A stretch of 64,000 bases of DNA from Octopus bimaculoides (lineage: Eukaryota). Where the stretch lies: positions 15,946,338 to 16,010,337 of the forward strand of contig NC_068987.1 in the NCBI RefSeq assembly GCF_001194135.2, written 5' to 3'. Positions 38,421 through 53,428 of the stretch are shown piece by piece (position 1 is the stretch's first letter; each line of letters opens with the position of its first letter). A model generated the notes under the pieces. The model was not told the origin of the DNA, did not search any database, and was given only the letters and a program-made list of their open reading frames with translations. Both the position numbers and the translations under genes were made by a program.

Positions 38421-40906
38421 AATATTATTAAAAAGAAAAAAAGAAGATATTACAGCAAACTATATGTTTGCATTGGCCAGTTCTGATCCAACTTATTCAG
38501 ACTGATTTAAATGTAAGAAGTTATTTTACTCTTCAGCATTTTATGAATTTATTGACAATTAACTTGGTATCCAGGTAGTGTTGAAGAATAGTCACCATCC
38601 AATATGTTGCCAGATTCAATTCTGCAAGGTGCTAATTGCGCACGTGTTAACTTGTCAATTCCTTAAAATAAAATGATTTTCGTAATTTTTGAAGTGGCTT
38701 AGCTATAAGCCAAGACTATCCTACTAGACCTCATTTCAATCACACCTCCCCCCTTTTCTTTGTGATTCCTACCCTCCTTTTTCTCTCTCTTTGTAATCAG
38801 GACTTGCAGCAATTTCTAGATTGTTGTTGTCAACAGCAAACATTTTGTTTGTGCTGCTGTCAGTATTGCTGAGTCGAAAACTTGCTCTCGTTATTTATTC
38901 AGTTGCTTACGTTTTCAATGCCTTCAATAAAGTAAAGAAGGAAATGATTGAAATTGAACATTCTAGTTTCCATGGAATTTGATATTATATTATATTAGCA
39001 TTCAGAATTAAATAGTATTATTTATATATTCACGAGTTTTACCATTAAATTTTAATAGAATTGGTTTTTCATTTTTTCCTTCTCCCCCCAGTTCAATTGC
39101 ACTTCATGGTGTAACTTACCTTAAGTATATTTACAAAATGAATACAATAATTTTCTTTGTGAATTTCAGATAAACCATACTTTAAATTAAATGTTTTTCA
39201 CTTTCTTTTAAAACTTTTATATTTTGTATATATATTTCATAAAGTATGTAGTATATAATTACTTATTTATAAATTGCATTAGAAATTATTTCATCATTGA
39301 AATTACTGAAAATGTAAAATTAGTATTCATTCAGTATTGTAACTTTGAGAAGTTTGATGTTTCATAACAAAACAAAGAGAAAAAAGAAAGAAAGAAAAAA
39401 AAAAAAAAAGCAATTAGACGACTGGTTTCTGATATCTTGAACTAGCTAAGAATTTGAAGCACAAGATAAATGATATCCAAAAGTGTTAAATATTATGAAG
39501 ACATCAATTTTAAACTTTGTATCGTTATTAGTTTTTCATTCATTTTATATATATTTTCAACTCTAATAAATTATTTAATTATATTTCTCGGAATATTTTT
39601 ACTTCAGAATATGAAGTAAATTTTTTTCTTCTTCTCCTGAATGTGCCTTGATACAGGTTTTAACTGCTGGCATTCATTTGTTTAATATATTTTGTAAAAT
39701 ATATCGATTATTTGTGTAGTGAACAACAGTGCAAGTAGTTAACGCCTGAAGACTGGATTTTTCAGATGATATGGGAGTAGTAAATAAATTTTGTAAATTA
39801 GACAACACAGTTGTGTGTGTAGGTGTCAAGTCAGCTCTGATCATGCTAGCCTATGACATGCAGGTAGTCATCTAAAAAGGACTAGATGCAATTCCCAAAT
39901 ATATATTTCAGATAAACTTCGCTTTTGTGTCAATGAAGAACAGACTGTACATTCTGACAGAGTGTGCTTAATTGCATGGGTTTAAAACTGCAATCTGGAC
40001 ATGATGTATTCTCTTTGTATTCTTGTAGATTCTAAGTGGACTTAATCAAAGCATGGTAGTTGCTGCCCTACTGCACTTATTGTTTGTGGTGTGTGCCTCA
40101 GTATAGTATTTAGGGTTAATGAAGTTATTAATGCTGCTAGTGTTATGTGCTTTTTAGAGTGTTGTACATGTACCCGGGTATTTTAGAGTAATTATTAAAC
40201 ACATAATAGGTAGAATGTAAACGGACAGAAAAGACACCACTAGGTATTTTTGTTCTTGTGCCAGTTCCTTGGTAATTCCTTGCTGATACACACATGCATT
40301 CATGCACATGTACGTGGGAATATTACCTATCATATGATAGGTAATGTTTGGAATATATATTAGGCTGCTCTGGGTTATCAGGTAATGTTATATAGGTACA
40401 GTAGCTATAATTTTATACATTTTGTGGTGAAATATGTATTTTCAAAGTAAAAACATACATTAAAATAGATAAAAATTATTAAAAAATTCTCAAATATATA
40501 TATTATCAATAACAACACTAGAGTTTAATCATCAATTTATTACAAACATAACATTGCCTTATTTTACCAAACAGTGGCAAAAGTTAGTGCCTTAACTTCA
40601 CCTGTCATATGATGGATATCATTCTAGTTAGTGTATAGTAACCATGAGTGAGGAAGTCTATAAGATCTGTGTTATCTCTCTCTTTAGAGACAGAAATATG
40701 GGAGACTCTGCTGGTTATATTAACAGCTAAAATACACATGTATATGCGATGGGCTTTCACACAGTTTCCATCTACCAAATTTCACTGACAAGGTTATTAT
40801 GGTACAAGATATTTGCCTGAGGTGTTGTGCAGTGGTTTCAAACTTCGAACTACATAGTTGTAGAGCTAGCATCATTACCACACTACCATGTCTGCAACCA
40901 TTATAT

Positions 40907-40952
40907 CTCTCTCTATCTATCTATCTGTTTATCTATCTATCTATCTATCTAT

Positions 40953-41040
<88 letters not shown>
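40907..41040. repeat. Compound (TATC)n-(TC)n-(TA)n microsatellite running into a gap
   Basis: Direct reading. Confidence 0.95.
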
Positions 41041-41226
41041 NNNNNNNNNNNNNNNNNNNNNNNNNNNNNNNNNNNNNNNNNNNNNNNNNNNNNNNNNNNN
41101 NNNNNNNNNNNNNNNNNNNNNNNNNNNNNNNNNNNNNNNNNNNNNNNNNNNNNNNNNNNNNNNNNNNNNNNNNNNNNNNNNNNNNNNNNNNNNNNNNNNN
41201 NNNNNNNNNNNNNNNNNNNNNNNNNN
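41041..41226. other. Assembly gap
   Basis: N run. Confidence 1.
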
Positions 41227-41248
41227 CTTTTGTTTTTCTATAAATTTC

Positions 41249-41289
<41 letters not shown>

Positions 41290-43999
41290 ATTTCTGAATG
41301 TATATTATGTTACATAAAAAAAAAAAAAGATGCCATAAGGGTTTTAAATTGTCTGTAGTTGATGTCTGCTCTTACAATTGATGTGCATATTCAAATTTTG
41401 ACATCTTACATGACATTATATAAAAGGCCACACTTGCTACTCTTACCCAACCAATCTCATATTTTTCATTTTCACAATGATAAGATCGAGAGGACAATGC
41501 AGGTCATATGAGCTACATTCTCCTCTCTACATATTCTGGCTTAAATTAAACAGGTTTGGAAATTTTCTTCCTCAAATTGATTTGTTCTTAATTATTTCCT
41601 TTGTTAGGCTACATCATTCTCTGGCTGATTCTGCCTCATTCTGAGTTTTCTTCAACTCATTAATGCTTGGCTTTATTATCTTTCCCCAGGCACTTATTCT
41701 CTCAGTCAATTTATTTTCATCTTATCATTCAACTTGGAGAATCTTTCTGATAATAGTTAGCATGTCCCTTATAAATTTTAGCATGATCTGTTATTGTTTT
41801 TGCTCGGTAGCTCCTGATGGCTCTTACAACCTAACCTCTGGTTAATTATATAGATTCTCCACAGAAAATGTTACATAACCTAAAAGATTGCTGTCAGTGA
41901 GAGACTCTCAGTAGAAAGTTACATTGTACATGCACACATAATCATTGCTGATGTCTGAATATTCATATTAATTAAGAAAAGGAAAAAGAAAAAAAAATAC
42001 TTACAAAATAAATTAAGTTTATTATCCCCTGATTTTATGAGAGTCATATTAAAAAAGGAAAAGAAAATTAAATCTAGTGTTGAAGGTAAAGAGAAAGATT
42101 TTCAGTGAGTGTGGTTTATGCACGCTGACTCATTAGCTACACTCACTGCTCAACATAAACATGTAACATGTCTTAGAAATCGGAATGTTTTTATAATCAG
42201 TTTTGATGTACTTTCAACACTATTTTGGAATTAAGGAACTTTTCCATTAAGAGCAAGTCATGCTTAGATAAATCTGTAAAATTGAATATATTTTAATTGC
42301 ATTGACCTCTTTTGTTGTCGGGTTGCAAGCATAACATACATACATATATATATTTTTGCTGTTGTTGGGTGTTCTGAATTTTTTTCTTCTCTCTTCTAAT
42401 TATGTCCTTCAGATTCCCTGACATCTCACTTGATACAGCTGTAAAAGGCAGTTTTCTCAATAAATGTTTCATATATTAGCAATTTTGTTTCTTGCATGAA
42501 TGAACATCTGCACACATACATACATTAAACTTACGCATTGTGTGGTGATGTACTGTGTATGCTTTTATAGGACAAATGACTCAACGAAGAATTTGGTTAA
42601 AAATAACAAAAGCTCTTGGTTAGAATTCCAGAGTTACTCTAATTAACATATATAATAAGCTGCATAGATTGATTGTAGGCTAATTAAATTGGACATGGTT
42701 TGTCAGACGGCTTAAACTACATCCCCTCCTCCCATACAATCCATTAATATGAAGGCGTATTTTTCTTTCCATTCTCTTAATCCCAACATAAAATATATTG
42801 ACAATTATAATGCCCACCCTCCTTGAGTGTTGAAATTGTGCGTTTTGAAAAGGATATCTATTAACATGCAGAACTTGAGTGGATTCATTGTGGATTAGTT
42901 TGAGTCCATAAAGGCAAATTTATGTAATCAATTTACTGATATTTCTTTTTTGTTACTTAGAAAAGAAAGAATACAAAAAAAAAAAAAAGAGAAAAGACCC
43001 AACAAACCAAGCAAATATTTGTCAGGAATGACAGTAGAAAAGATGGGTTAGTAAGCTCTAATCAAATTGTTGGCATTTCTGTTCATTAATAAACAAGCTA
43101 AAAATATTTGAAAACCCTGATTAGAATATAGGAAAACAATCCCTGAAACAAATTGTGTTACTAAAGAGACCATTTTAGCATCCCTTCTACATAGTCATCA
43201 TTTAAATCTAGGAGGAAAGTGGGGTGGGGTGGAGAAAAGAAAAGAAAATGAAGTTCATATTTATTGTGTGTTAATATAGTTACTTAAAAAGCATAGACAT
43301 TACAATAGAAACGCTATTCTTCATGATGGCTAACTATAGAATGTAGTGCTAGATGTAGCCATCCATGAATAGGTGTAATCAAACAGCCTTGTGTAATGTA
43401 GCCAAATAGTTACTCTGTTTGGTTAAAGTTACTTGACTTTGACAGATTTGTTTATCAGAAGTTGCTCAACAGATCTTCAAATCTCTCTCTCTCTCAACTG
43501 CTGGCTCACTAGTAACTAGGCTGTGGTTAGTGAATTGAGTTGCACAAATCTGTATACAATTTATATTTGATAATTTAGTTTAGAGTTATTATTTCGAATA
43601 TTGATTTCTATATTACTGCTACTTATTGATCATGAGAGATGAAGGACTGGGTTGCTTGGTAGGATTCAAAACAGTAGATAGAAGGATAAAACTAAATACC
43701 ATTTTTGTCAAATCATTACCATCGTTATTATATAAAATGTGTGTCCTTTTTTTTATACTAAAAAAAAAAAAAAAAAAAAAACCAACCCATTCAAATTGCG
43801 CTTTTCCAACAGATGTCAGTTTGATAATTTTCCTTTCATTTTTATTGATATCCAAATCATTTAGTGACTGATTGGTTTCTGGCATACTAGTAGAATTGAC
43901 TGTAAATTTTGTCACCAGCATAGCAGGTTACTGCACATTTTGGACGGTGGGTATTGTTTACTATTGTAAAGATCGTGACATTGACAAGCTTTCATAAGC

Positions 44000-44600
44000 T
44001 TGTAATGAGCTCAGATATCCTCATGATCTTGAAGGCAATGGGAAACCTCACCAGTATTCATTTTTTGAATAACTAAATGAATGAATTTGTAATCTTCTGC
44101 ATTTTCCCAACAGCTGATTGGGTTATGGAATAATATCCAATCACCCAATCTCTTTTGGGTAATTTTCTACTTTGTAATGTTTTTGTTTCTCCCAAGGCTA
44201 TCCATATGATGAAGTTGATGATCAGAAGAAACAACAGGGGTGACAGGAGACAACCCTGTGATGGTGTTGAAGAATTCTGTGTTTTGCTACTTTCAGTACC
44301 CACATAGCAGTCTGTAGACTCTTAAGGTGGAAATGTAGTCTTCTCAGATACCATATGCCTTGGCAGTACACCACAGCATTTCTCTGTGTATTCTGTCAAA
44401 AGCTTTTTCAAAATCAATAAGCCAGTGTTTTTTGGAATTCCAGGCACTGCTCCACAATGTTTCACAGTACAAAAATCTGTTCACTGCATGATCTTTGTGA
44501 TTGCTCGTCCCATAAGCAATGCATTCTTGGAAGCATCAGAATATTGTTACTGTATCTACATAAGTCAATCCTGTGTATAGGCCAGCCATTGATTTTTAGC
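44000..44600 (-). mobile_element. Degraded RTE-like LINE reverse transcriptase fragment
   Basis: Minus strand, in order: LWDEQ..RSC, LIDFEKAFDRIHRE, QGCLLSPLLFLLIINFII (ORF 44073-44303), and a degenerate LQDHEDI at the expected FADD position. Confidence 0.8.
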
Positions 44601-44929
44601 TCAGGCATCAATCATTTATTATAGGATCGAGATATTGGCTGACACCCCCTTTTTTTGATGGTGGTGGAACAAGTTATACTGGCAGTAATAAAGTACTATA
44701 CTTTATATGGTACCCCACCGCTTAGTCATTCCTCTGTGTTTGCACAATTGCATGTATGTATGATTATGTACCTATGACATCTCTCCTTCTGGACACTGAA
44801 TGTTGTGTTTTTTTAACCTTACATTTATGGACTCAAACTAATCCACAATGAATCCACTCAAGTTCTGCATGTTAATAGATATCCTTTTCAAAACGCTCAA
44901 TTTCAACACTCAAGGAGGGTGGGCATTAC

Positions 44930-45091
44930 AAATGAAGAATTTTGTAAAATAACTTTGTCCTTAACTCGGTATTTGGAACAAATTGGTATGAAATTTTGAA
45001 AGAAAGATTTTAATTCAGATCATTTTAAAGCAGGAAGTTTGTAATATAGAACCAGCATTGGCCTTGGGTAAGTTGGTATCAAATGGGTTAA
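44930..45091. mobile_element. Partial copy of the TTAA MITE seen at 18193-18431
   Basis: Shared GAATTTTGT..AATAACT..., AGATCATTTT..., TAGAACCAG..., and terminus GGTATCAAATGGGTTAA. Confidence 0.65.
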
Positions 45092-45579
45092 TGTAACATA
45101 CTGGTTTAGCTGGTATGATGAAGCAGTGCACTCTAGGACATGACACTATATTCAAACTACCAATGCATTGACCACAAGCACTTGTTGCCTCTGTCACGTC
45201 TGAACAATTCTAGAATGGTACAATAGATACATATACAAAACAGCACATACATATATACGCTTGCATTGCATGTAATATTTATAGATTTTTTTTTTCTTCA
45301 GATTCATAGGAAATTTCCACAATGCCTTCTGCTGATTTAATCAAGTGTTTCAGGTCAGACAGCAGGGGGGGGGGGGGGAAGAAAAAATGTAAATCCAATG
45401 GGATTTGCACAATATTTTCTGCTATAAGTAAACTGTTTTACCTGCAGTATTGTAAAACAACTGAGGAAAAGTAATACAACTCAACATTGTAACCAGGAAT
45501 ACTATAAACTAACAAGTTGTGAGTAGGCTACCATTAGTGAAGACATAGTAAACTCATTCTTTTAACATTAATTTGAAAA

Positions 45580-46105
45580 ATGAAACTAGTTTACAGCTAA
45601 GTTCAAGCTTTGAGTGATTGAATATGCAGAGAGAAGAATTTAGAATGTTAGTAGTTGGAAAAGGTTATCTGAAAAATAGATGACAGAAAACAAATGCACT
45701 AACAGAGGGAAATATAACAAGTGGTCATAGTTGCAAGTTGAACTGGCAAAATATGTCAATGAAAACTGACGAAATGAATGTGGTGTTTCCTGAGAATCTG
45801 TATAAGTTTTTGTCTTGAAATTGGGATGGAAACTTGGTATTTGAAACTTTAAGGTGGTACTTAAGATCTATGAAAATAACTGATTTGACACCCAGACAGA
45901 AAATGGATCTTGCACAGAATCTTTCACAAGAACTATCATAAGACATATACAAAGTGAGGCAATAATACAAGCTCCAACACTAGCAATATGTGAATGAATT
46001 GTAGAGGCCTAGGATGAAAATAGACAAGAAATTATGACATTCTTTTAAGAAACTTGGGAATTTGAATGCTATTGATGAAACAAATAATGATTTGTTGTAA
46101 GATGG
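45580..46105 (+). mobile_element. Internally deleted pogo-type transposase remnant (Brinker-like DNA-binding domain plus DDE C-terminus)
   Basis: FTAKFKL*VIEYAE; ELAKYVNEN; PTLAICE*IVEA*DE; HSFKKLGNLNAIDETNNDLL (cf. KSFKKCGISNALDGTEDD). Confidence 0.72.
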
Positions 46106-47138
46106 TGTGAGTAACTAACAACATGCTTTTGGAAGAAGATGCTGATACAGGAGCCATTTGGTTCTGATGATGACAAGACAGACAGTAAAATTTATATTGA
46201 GAAATATTGTTGGGTTTCATTTACAGAATATATTTCTCTTGTTTTAAATGTACTTAACAGAAATTGATGCTTCAGATTTAATCAAAAAACAAATTAATGT
46301 CTCACTATCAATAAACCTCTAAATATGAAGATGCTGCACTTAAAAATGAAGTGTGAGATGTAAACTTCAGACACTATACACTTAAAAATGAAGGCATTAC
46401 ACATAATTATAAAGGACTGCATATTATTTCATTATTAATTGGTTCAAAATTTGTATTTACTGCTTGTAGCTGGCAAATATTATTCGTGTCTAAAGCTAGT
46501 AGTTGCTCCTAGCCATTCCAATTTATGCACAAATTTCAAGTAACCAAACTATTACTTGCGTATAGGTCCTGTCCCCTCACACACACACACTTTGCTTAAA
46601 AATTTGGCCTTCAAAACTCTTGAGTATACACAACAATTGTTGAACATTTGGGTATAATGCCAGCATAGTTATTTTGGTGAAAATGCATCCTGGCTAAAGT
46701 TAATTTCATGAAAATGTTTCAGCATTTACTACGTATGTCAGTGTGCATGTAACTTTAAACATTTCCTCTTGGAGGAAAGAAGAAAAAAAAAAAGAGAGTC
46801 AAGAGAGTGAATATTGGCTAATGTAGTAATTTCAAATAAATTATAGGATAGTCTTGGCGAGAATGCTTCTCATCACAGGTCTTCTCAATGAGCACTCACT
46901 TAGAGTTAAACAAACAACATCATTTAGTTTTACAATTGTATTATATAATGCAGGTGTTGAAATCACAGCATATATTTTCTTGATGATAATCCATAAATGA
47001 TGTCTTCCCATAGGAGATGATCAGTAAGATTGTGTATTGTGTGATATTAGAAGAAAAACTGTCCCCTGAGCAGTTTTCTGGCAGCCATTTTGATAAGGAT
47101 ATATATTAGCATGTAAATGTGTGTGTGTTCATGTGTGT

Positions 47139-47211
47139 GCCAAAATTGTGCAGTTTAGAGTGTGTTAAACTAAAGACCTAAAAGTCCTTAGTTCAATCTT
47201 GGGTTTAGGCA
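47139..47211 (+). pseudogene. Decayed tRNA-Phe(GAA) copy
   Basis: 73 nt, gap-free colinear with metazoan tRNA-Phe as I recall it (55/73 identical by hand count); anticodon GAA mutated to AAA; T-run about 20 nt downstream. Confidence 0.8.
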
Positions 47212-48313
47212 TCTTGATCGGGCGCTCTGTTTTGTTTTTGAAATCGATTGACTCAGTTTGAGAGATGATAGAAGTATTTTCAATCACACACACACATCGA
47301 TCAAAGCATGATTTCTGCACAAGCAGAAATATATATTCATTGACTAATAAAAGAAAAATATAGCCATTGACTAATATTCTTTTTCCTTATTGCACATATA
47401 TATTTTTAGATAATTTTTAAAGTTTCCACATTAAATATGTTAATATGTTATCTCTAACTTCCACTAGGATAATCTTGCTCTGGCACAGAGTCATTTGTCA
47501 CCTCAACACATTGTTGTAATGAACTATATTATGTTGTCCATCACCAAACTTAAAGGTTCAGATTTTATTCTTAGTTTTTTAATACAACTTCTTGTTTTGG
47601 CAAAATTCTTTTTGTAGATTCATATAAAGTACATGTAGCTTTCAGTGTCACAATTATATAATCTAGAAACGCATTGTAGTGTTAACGAAAAGTATAGTCC
47701 ATGCAGTAGACTTGTAAACAATCACGGGAGCATGGAAAATTATGTTAAATGGTGGGAGACGTCTAGAGAAGAGTACATGTATGTATGCTCGCTTATGCAT
47801 ATCATTCATTGATGTTACTTCCTCATTTTGTATGTATCAGTGGTTTATTTTTAGTTTAGAAATAGAATTACATTTTCTCAGATTTGTTAGAAAATTGAAA
47901 TCATTGAATTCACATAGGTTTATATGCTTGAGTGTAAATTAGATTCATTAGATTTTTATGTAGATTTCAACTTTTTGTGTGTTTAATATTCATTTTATTT
48001 GAGCTATCTCTCTCTCTCTTTTTTTTTCCGACATCATTCCTCACTAGGTTCCTGGGTTGTAGAATTGTAGTGAGATAGATAATCAATTTCCTCAACTGAA
48101 ATGATTTGCTAAATTCCCCCCCCCCCCTTCCTTTCCCTTCATTGTATTTTTGTCCTTTGATATGATATTTTTGTTAATTTCACATTTATACTCAGCATAC
48201 AATATACTCTAGAACAAGAACAGATATATAGAAAGTGGATAGATGTTTTGTACCTATTTAAGTGGAACAGATATTGATTTTGTGTCATAAATTACATTGA
48301 AAATGACTTTCTC

Positions 48314-48356
<43 letters not shown>

Positions 48357-51299
48357 TTTGTTTCTTATAGCTATATTTCCTATTGTTATTTGCTACCTTT
48401 TGTGCCCTATATTTGTATAATGGGGTTTTCTTGACGTATGTTCCTTTGCTTATATTAGCACTTCTGTCAGAAAATAAAGCTTGAACATTGCACTTAGTAA
48501 AAGCATAAGTTGCTGCATGAAAAATATGAATGTCATTAGACTTGATACATATATACATAATGGATTTTAGGATTGATCTTCTTTTAATTCGAGTTGTAGA
48601 CATATTTATTAGTATTCACTGGCATATTTTTATTGCTACAAATACAGATAGTTAGTGAAAAAAAAAAAAAAAAAAGTATGCAAGCAAATCACTGTCTCTT
48701 TTTAAATTTTCTATGTATACTGAAAACCTATGTTTGTACCTCTCCTTATTAAAATTATATTTTAATGTTACTAAATCACTGTTATGGATGATATTTTCTT
48801 TGTCTTCCTTGAACGTTTAATTGGATAAAAATATGATTTGTTAATTTTTTTTAGTTTTGTATGAAAAATTTCTTAAAAAAGTTAGTTTTGTCATGCACAG
48901 TGGCTGAAAACTCAAAACAGGGATTATGCTTGTTTGTTTTACAAAATAGGGAACAATCTTACCTAACAGTTAAATAACTTTGTAAATCATATAAGTACCA
49001 TCATTTTGCAAAATTCTATAAATAATATGGAGAGAGAAAAGATGTTAAAAAAAGTCTCTCTCTCTTTCTCACCCATGCTTGTTTTACAATTGTTGGCAGT
49101 CATGGGCATCCTTGCCAAGACCTGAGGAATTTTGATTTTTTTTTTTTAAAGATACAGTGGGGAATTCCTGTGCCTCTTACCTTTCTACTTGCCTCCTGCT
49201 CTTCTGAGTTGACCTTTCAAGCACAAGGCCTATTTAGCCCTTAGGCAAAAGGACTGGTGTTCAAGACATCAAGGCAAGTCCACACACTTGGGCCTTTGAG
49301 GCACATCTCTTGGTGGCCAGCCCATGTCTGAGCCATATGTGGCCTTAGCCATAAGACCATCTTCTGCTGTTTGACCTGTAACTGGGGCCCATGATGAGTT
49401 CTGTCATCCCAGGTCAGAGTGGACCTGGGAGATGTAACTAAGGGATAATACCATGCTTCTCCAAACTCCTGGACTCAAGCCTCACTACTGCATACCCAAG
49501 ACAGAAAAAATATAGTTAATCTACTTGATACAAACCTGCTGGAGACCTCACCTGGTTCTATGATACAAACTTCTTGTCATAAAGTGATTGAAATTGAAAC
49601 CTTCCATCAAAATTTTGTATTAATTTATATCTCAAATACCAGCTGAATAATGACAATAATAACTGTGAAGTTAAAGTACTGGACTATCGAAAACATTGTC
49701 ATAAATCTGAAACTTACTACAGCTATTGTACTGTTTCCTTGACATTACTTACTTTACAGGGGAGATGTAGAAATCCGTGTCAACTGATTGGCAGGCTTGG
49801 CTAGACTGTACCATGCTAAAGAGGTTTGATGAGACTGAAACATGTCCATAAATGCCCCTTGCCTATTAGCAGAGAGAAAAATAAGTATGTAAATTAGTTT
49901 TGAGAGAAATAACTTCTTAATTTCCTTATCAAAACCTTTTCATTAGGTTTTTGTTTTCTTTCTCTAAAAGAAAGATTTCCACTAATTAAGAATTTTTTTA
50001 TATACTGTTTAGTACATCTCTCATTAACCTAATTACTCAAATTCATACCATTGACTCATTTGAGTTATTTCCCTTAGCTCATATTTAAAAAGCTAGATTA
50101 ATATTGGTTTCAATTTGCTTCACTGATGAAACATCATTCCTACTTCATGGTTGAGTATTCATTAGATATTAAAAAAATACAATTATACAAAATGCTTTTC
50201 TTTGTAAACATCTCATTTGTGCCAACAGAGAAAAACAGATGCAAAAATAACTGGTCTCTTCTCTTTTCTATAGACTCGAATCATGTAGATAAGTGCAGCT
50301 TTGATGATGCAACTATTATCCTAAATTCACTCCTGACGTTTGGTAGTGTATATATTTCCATAAAATATTCTGTTGTTTGAACAGAAGTGCAAGAGGTAGC
50401 TGATAGCAAATAAAACGTATCTGAATGTATCAGCTATTTTAATTCTTCAGTTTCACCCCACTCAAGTGTGTGCAATCATGCAGGCGTGTTATTTGAAATT
50501 TTTATCATATTAAACATACTATGCCTGGCTCTAGGAAAAGCATCGAACCATGAAACTACCATTCTAATTAACTGTGCTTGAGTGCACTAAATGTTACTAC
50601 ATCTGCTATATATACTGAACTGCCCTTTTTCAGTACTTGGTGCATTTGGCATGAAGCCAAAAGTAGTTAGGTAGCCCCAACAGATCCTTGAAAGCAGAGC
50701 CAAATTGATATTAAAAAAAAATTCAAATAGAATCATGAGGGGGGGTGGAGTGAGAGAGAGAAAGAGAAGTGGGTGAATTTTTGTTATTTACAAAGCACAT
50801 TTCACACAGATATGCTTCAAATAGTAATCTATGTATATGCAATTAACTATCTGCCTCACACACATGCACAAACTCTCTCTCTCTCTCTCTTTCTGATTAA
50901 GTTATAAGATTACTGAGGACTATAAGATCATACCTTACTGCAGCATTGCACTGTGTCTCAAGGCAAAATATATTTATTACATTATTCAAACATGATAAAA
51001 ACAGGTGTCAGTTCTTCTCCATAATTTAATAGAAAGTCTTGCAGAAAAAAAAGAAAAAACCCAGCAATATGCAAATGTTCCAATTTAAAATATAAAACAG
51101 AAAAAACAACTTCCACTGCAAAACCTAGCCATGCAAACACAGGAGGGATGGTTTTAGATTTTGTATATGACATAAGTTGGATGAGTATAAAACATTACTA
51201 TACACTCAAACTCAATTTTATTTAGTTATTTTCTTAAATCGATTTACATCAATTTTTCCTTGCTTGCAAAAAAATGTTGGTTTGATTTGCAGTTGTGAA

Positions 51300-51336
<37 letters not shown>

Positions 51337-51473
51337 TTTTCTTTTCTTTTTTACTGTTGGATATTTTCTCTAACACCAACTTGCCAAGCTAGACTGAGGT
51401 AAATCAATGTAAAATCGCAACTAATTACTTGAAGCTGAATTTGAAAATATGATTTTCAAGTTTTCAGTCTCTA

Positions 51474-51850
51474 GATGTGGCTGTCTGGTTATGGAGCTGA
51501 CTTTGCAACCACGTGGTTTCAGGTTCAACACTACCATGCTGCACCATGGGCAAATAGTGTCTTTTACTATTGTTCCTGACTGACCACTGCCTTGTGAGTA
51601 GGTTTGGTAGACGTCAGCTGTATAGAAACTGGCTGTGTGTGTATACACATATGTCTGTAGGTCTGTGTTGCCCCTCACCATTGCTTGACATCAGGTGTTG
51701 GTTTGTTTATGTCTCTGTAACTTAGCCATTCAGCAAAAGATGAGCTAGAATAAATACTAGGCCCAGACTTAAAAATAAGTCTTCAAAACCCACTTCAAGT
51801 GGTACTCCAGCATGGCTGCAGTCAAGTGACTGACATAAGTAAAAAATAAA
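51474..51850 (+). mobile_element. SINE family B copy with TGACTGA..AAGT tail
   Basis: GTGGCTGTCTGGTTA head, TGGGCAAATAGTGTCTTTTACTAT core, CCAGCATGGCTGCAGTCAAGTGACTGAC tail. Confidence 0.8.
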
Positions 51851-51999
51851 GATAAAACACATGTATGCATATTATTAATAGATGATATATTAGCTGTTAT
51901 AAATAGTAGCTGTTTCAACCCTGGGTCAGTTATGTTAGAATAGAGTTTTTGGTGAAAGGCATTTCAAATGTAACCATTCTCTCTCTCTCTCTCTCTCCC

Positions 52000-52091
52000 N
52001 NNNNNNNNNNNNNNNNNNNNNNNNNNNNNNNNNNNNNNNNNNNNNNNNNNNNNNNNNNNNNNNNNNNNNNNNNNNNNNNNNNNNNNNNNNN
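52000..52091. other. Assembly gap
   Basis: N run. Confidence 1.
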
Positions 52092-52715
52092 GATTACATT
52101 ATTCAATATATCTTTCCAAGTAGGGTATGATAGTTCCTATTTCTAGCAAGGCAAGTGATCATGTAGCCCCTCCCCTCTTGACATAGTAGTAGGATAATGT
52201 TTATTTGTACTTGGTGCTACTGTTTTGACTTCCCTGGATGGTTATCGCATACACTATTGAATTACAAATAAGCATGGGTGTTTTCTCCATTTCTACAAGA
52301 CAATTAACTGCTCAGAAATTTTCTACCTGTATTCTTCAAATATGTGCATGAGTATTTCTTCTATATCTTAAAATAATATCTACCAAATTTATTTTGCTTC
52401 ATATTTTATGAGTAAAAGTTCTTCAAAAAAGTTTACAATGTCACTGTACATTTCTAACTTATTGTATGTGTGTCTGTGCCTGTGTGTTTCTATCTTTCAA
52501 CCTCACAGCAATATTATAACACCTGAGTTTGTTTTGTTGGAGATCAAGTTTCACCCTTTTAGTTGTATAATGGCTATGTATCTATACAAAACCATTTCTA
52601 TGTTGATTTCCATTTGCAGAATCTCGCCAGGATTTTATGGAGCTGGAGATGGGAAATAAATTTTAATTGCATGCAGAGAAGTGGTCTGCATGTTGCTGCA
52701 AATGTATTAGAGAGC

Positions 52716-52822
<107 letters not shown>

Positions 52823-53334
52823 TTTGCATATTGCATGCAGCACTGTATAACTTATCTTTCTTCTTCCTTATAATATGTACTAGTGGAACTGTTATAAATT
52901 GCGAAGATATTCAGTTTGGGAATCAATAGTGTTTGTTCCTTACTGTTATTCCTAGTTCTTTTATTAAAATCCAATTCCTTAGTTTGGTTAAACTCTTCAG
53001 TATTTTGAAATCTTATAATGTTAGCTAATGGAAATTTTTTTTTATAGAAGAGAGAAAAGTATCACTTAAAAAAAATTTTTTTTTTTAAAGCATTTCATTG
53101 GTTTTGGGAAGAGTAATTGCCTATTAAATTATGTAGTTGTATCCAGGTTTTTGTATAATAAAGGGCTTAATATATGAGCCATGAGATTGCAAGTTATTCA
53201 ATTCTATTGTTGTCAGAAGGTATCAATGCTGAAATTTTAGGCTGTAGTAGAAAGTGTCTTACCTGAATAGTAATGCTGTTTTGTCTGCCACCAACTGATC
53301 ATGACAGATTACTAAACTTATGAATGTGTATAGC

Positions 53335-53391
<57 letters not shown>

Positions 53392-53428
53392 TGTTATGTT
53401 AAACATTTAATTACTGGAGCACCAAATT

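Noticed and set aside
40030-40056. Exon candidate ILSGLNQSM after a strong acceptor
   Set aside because: Weak donor, too short to evaluate.
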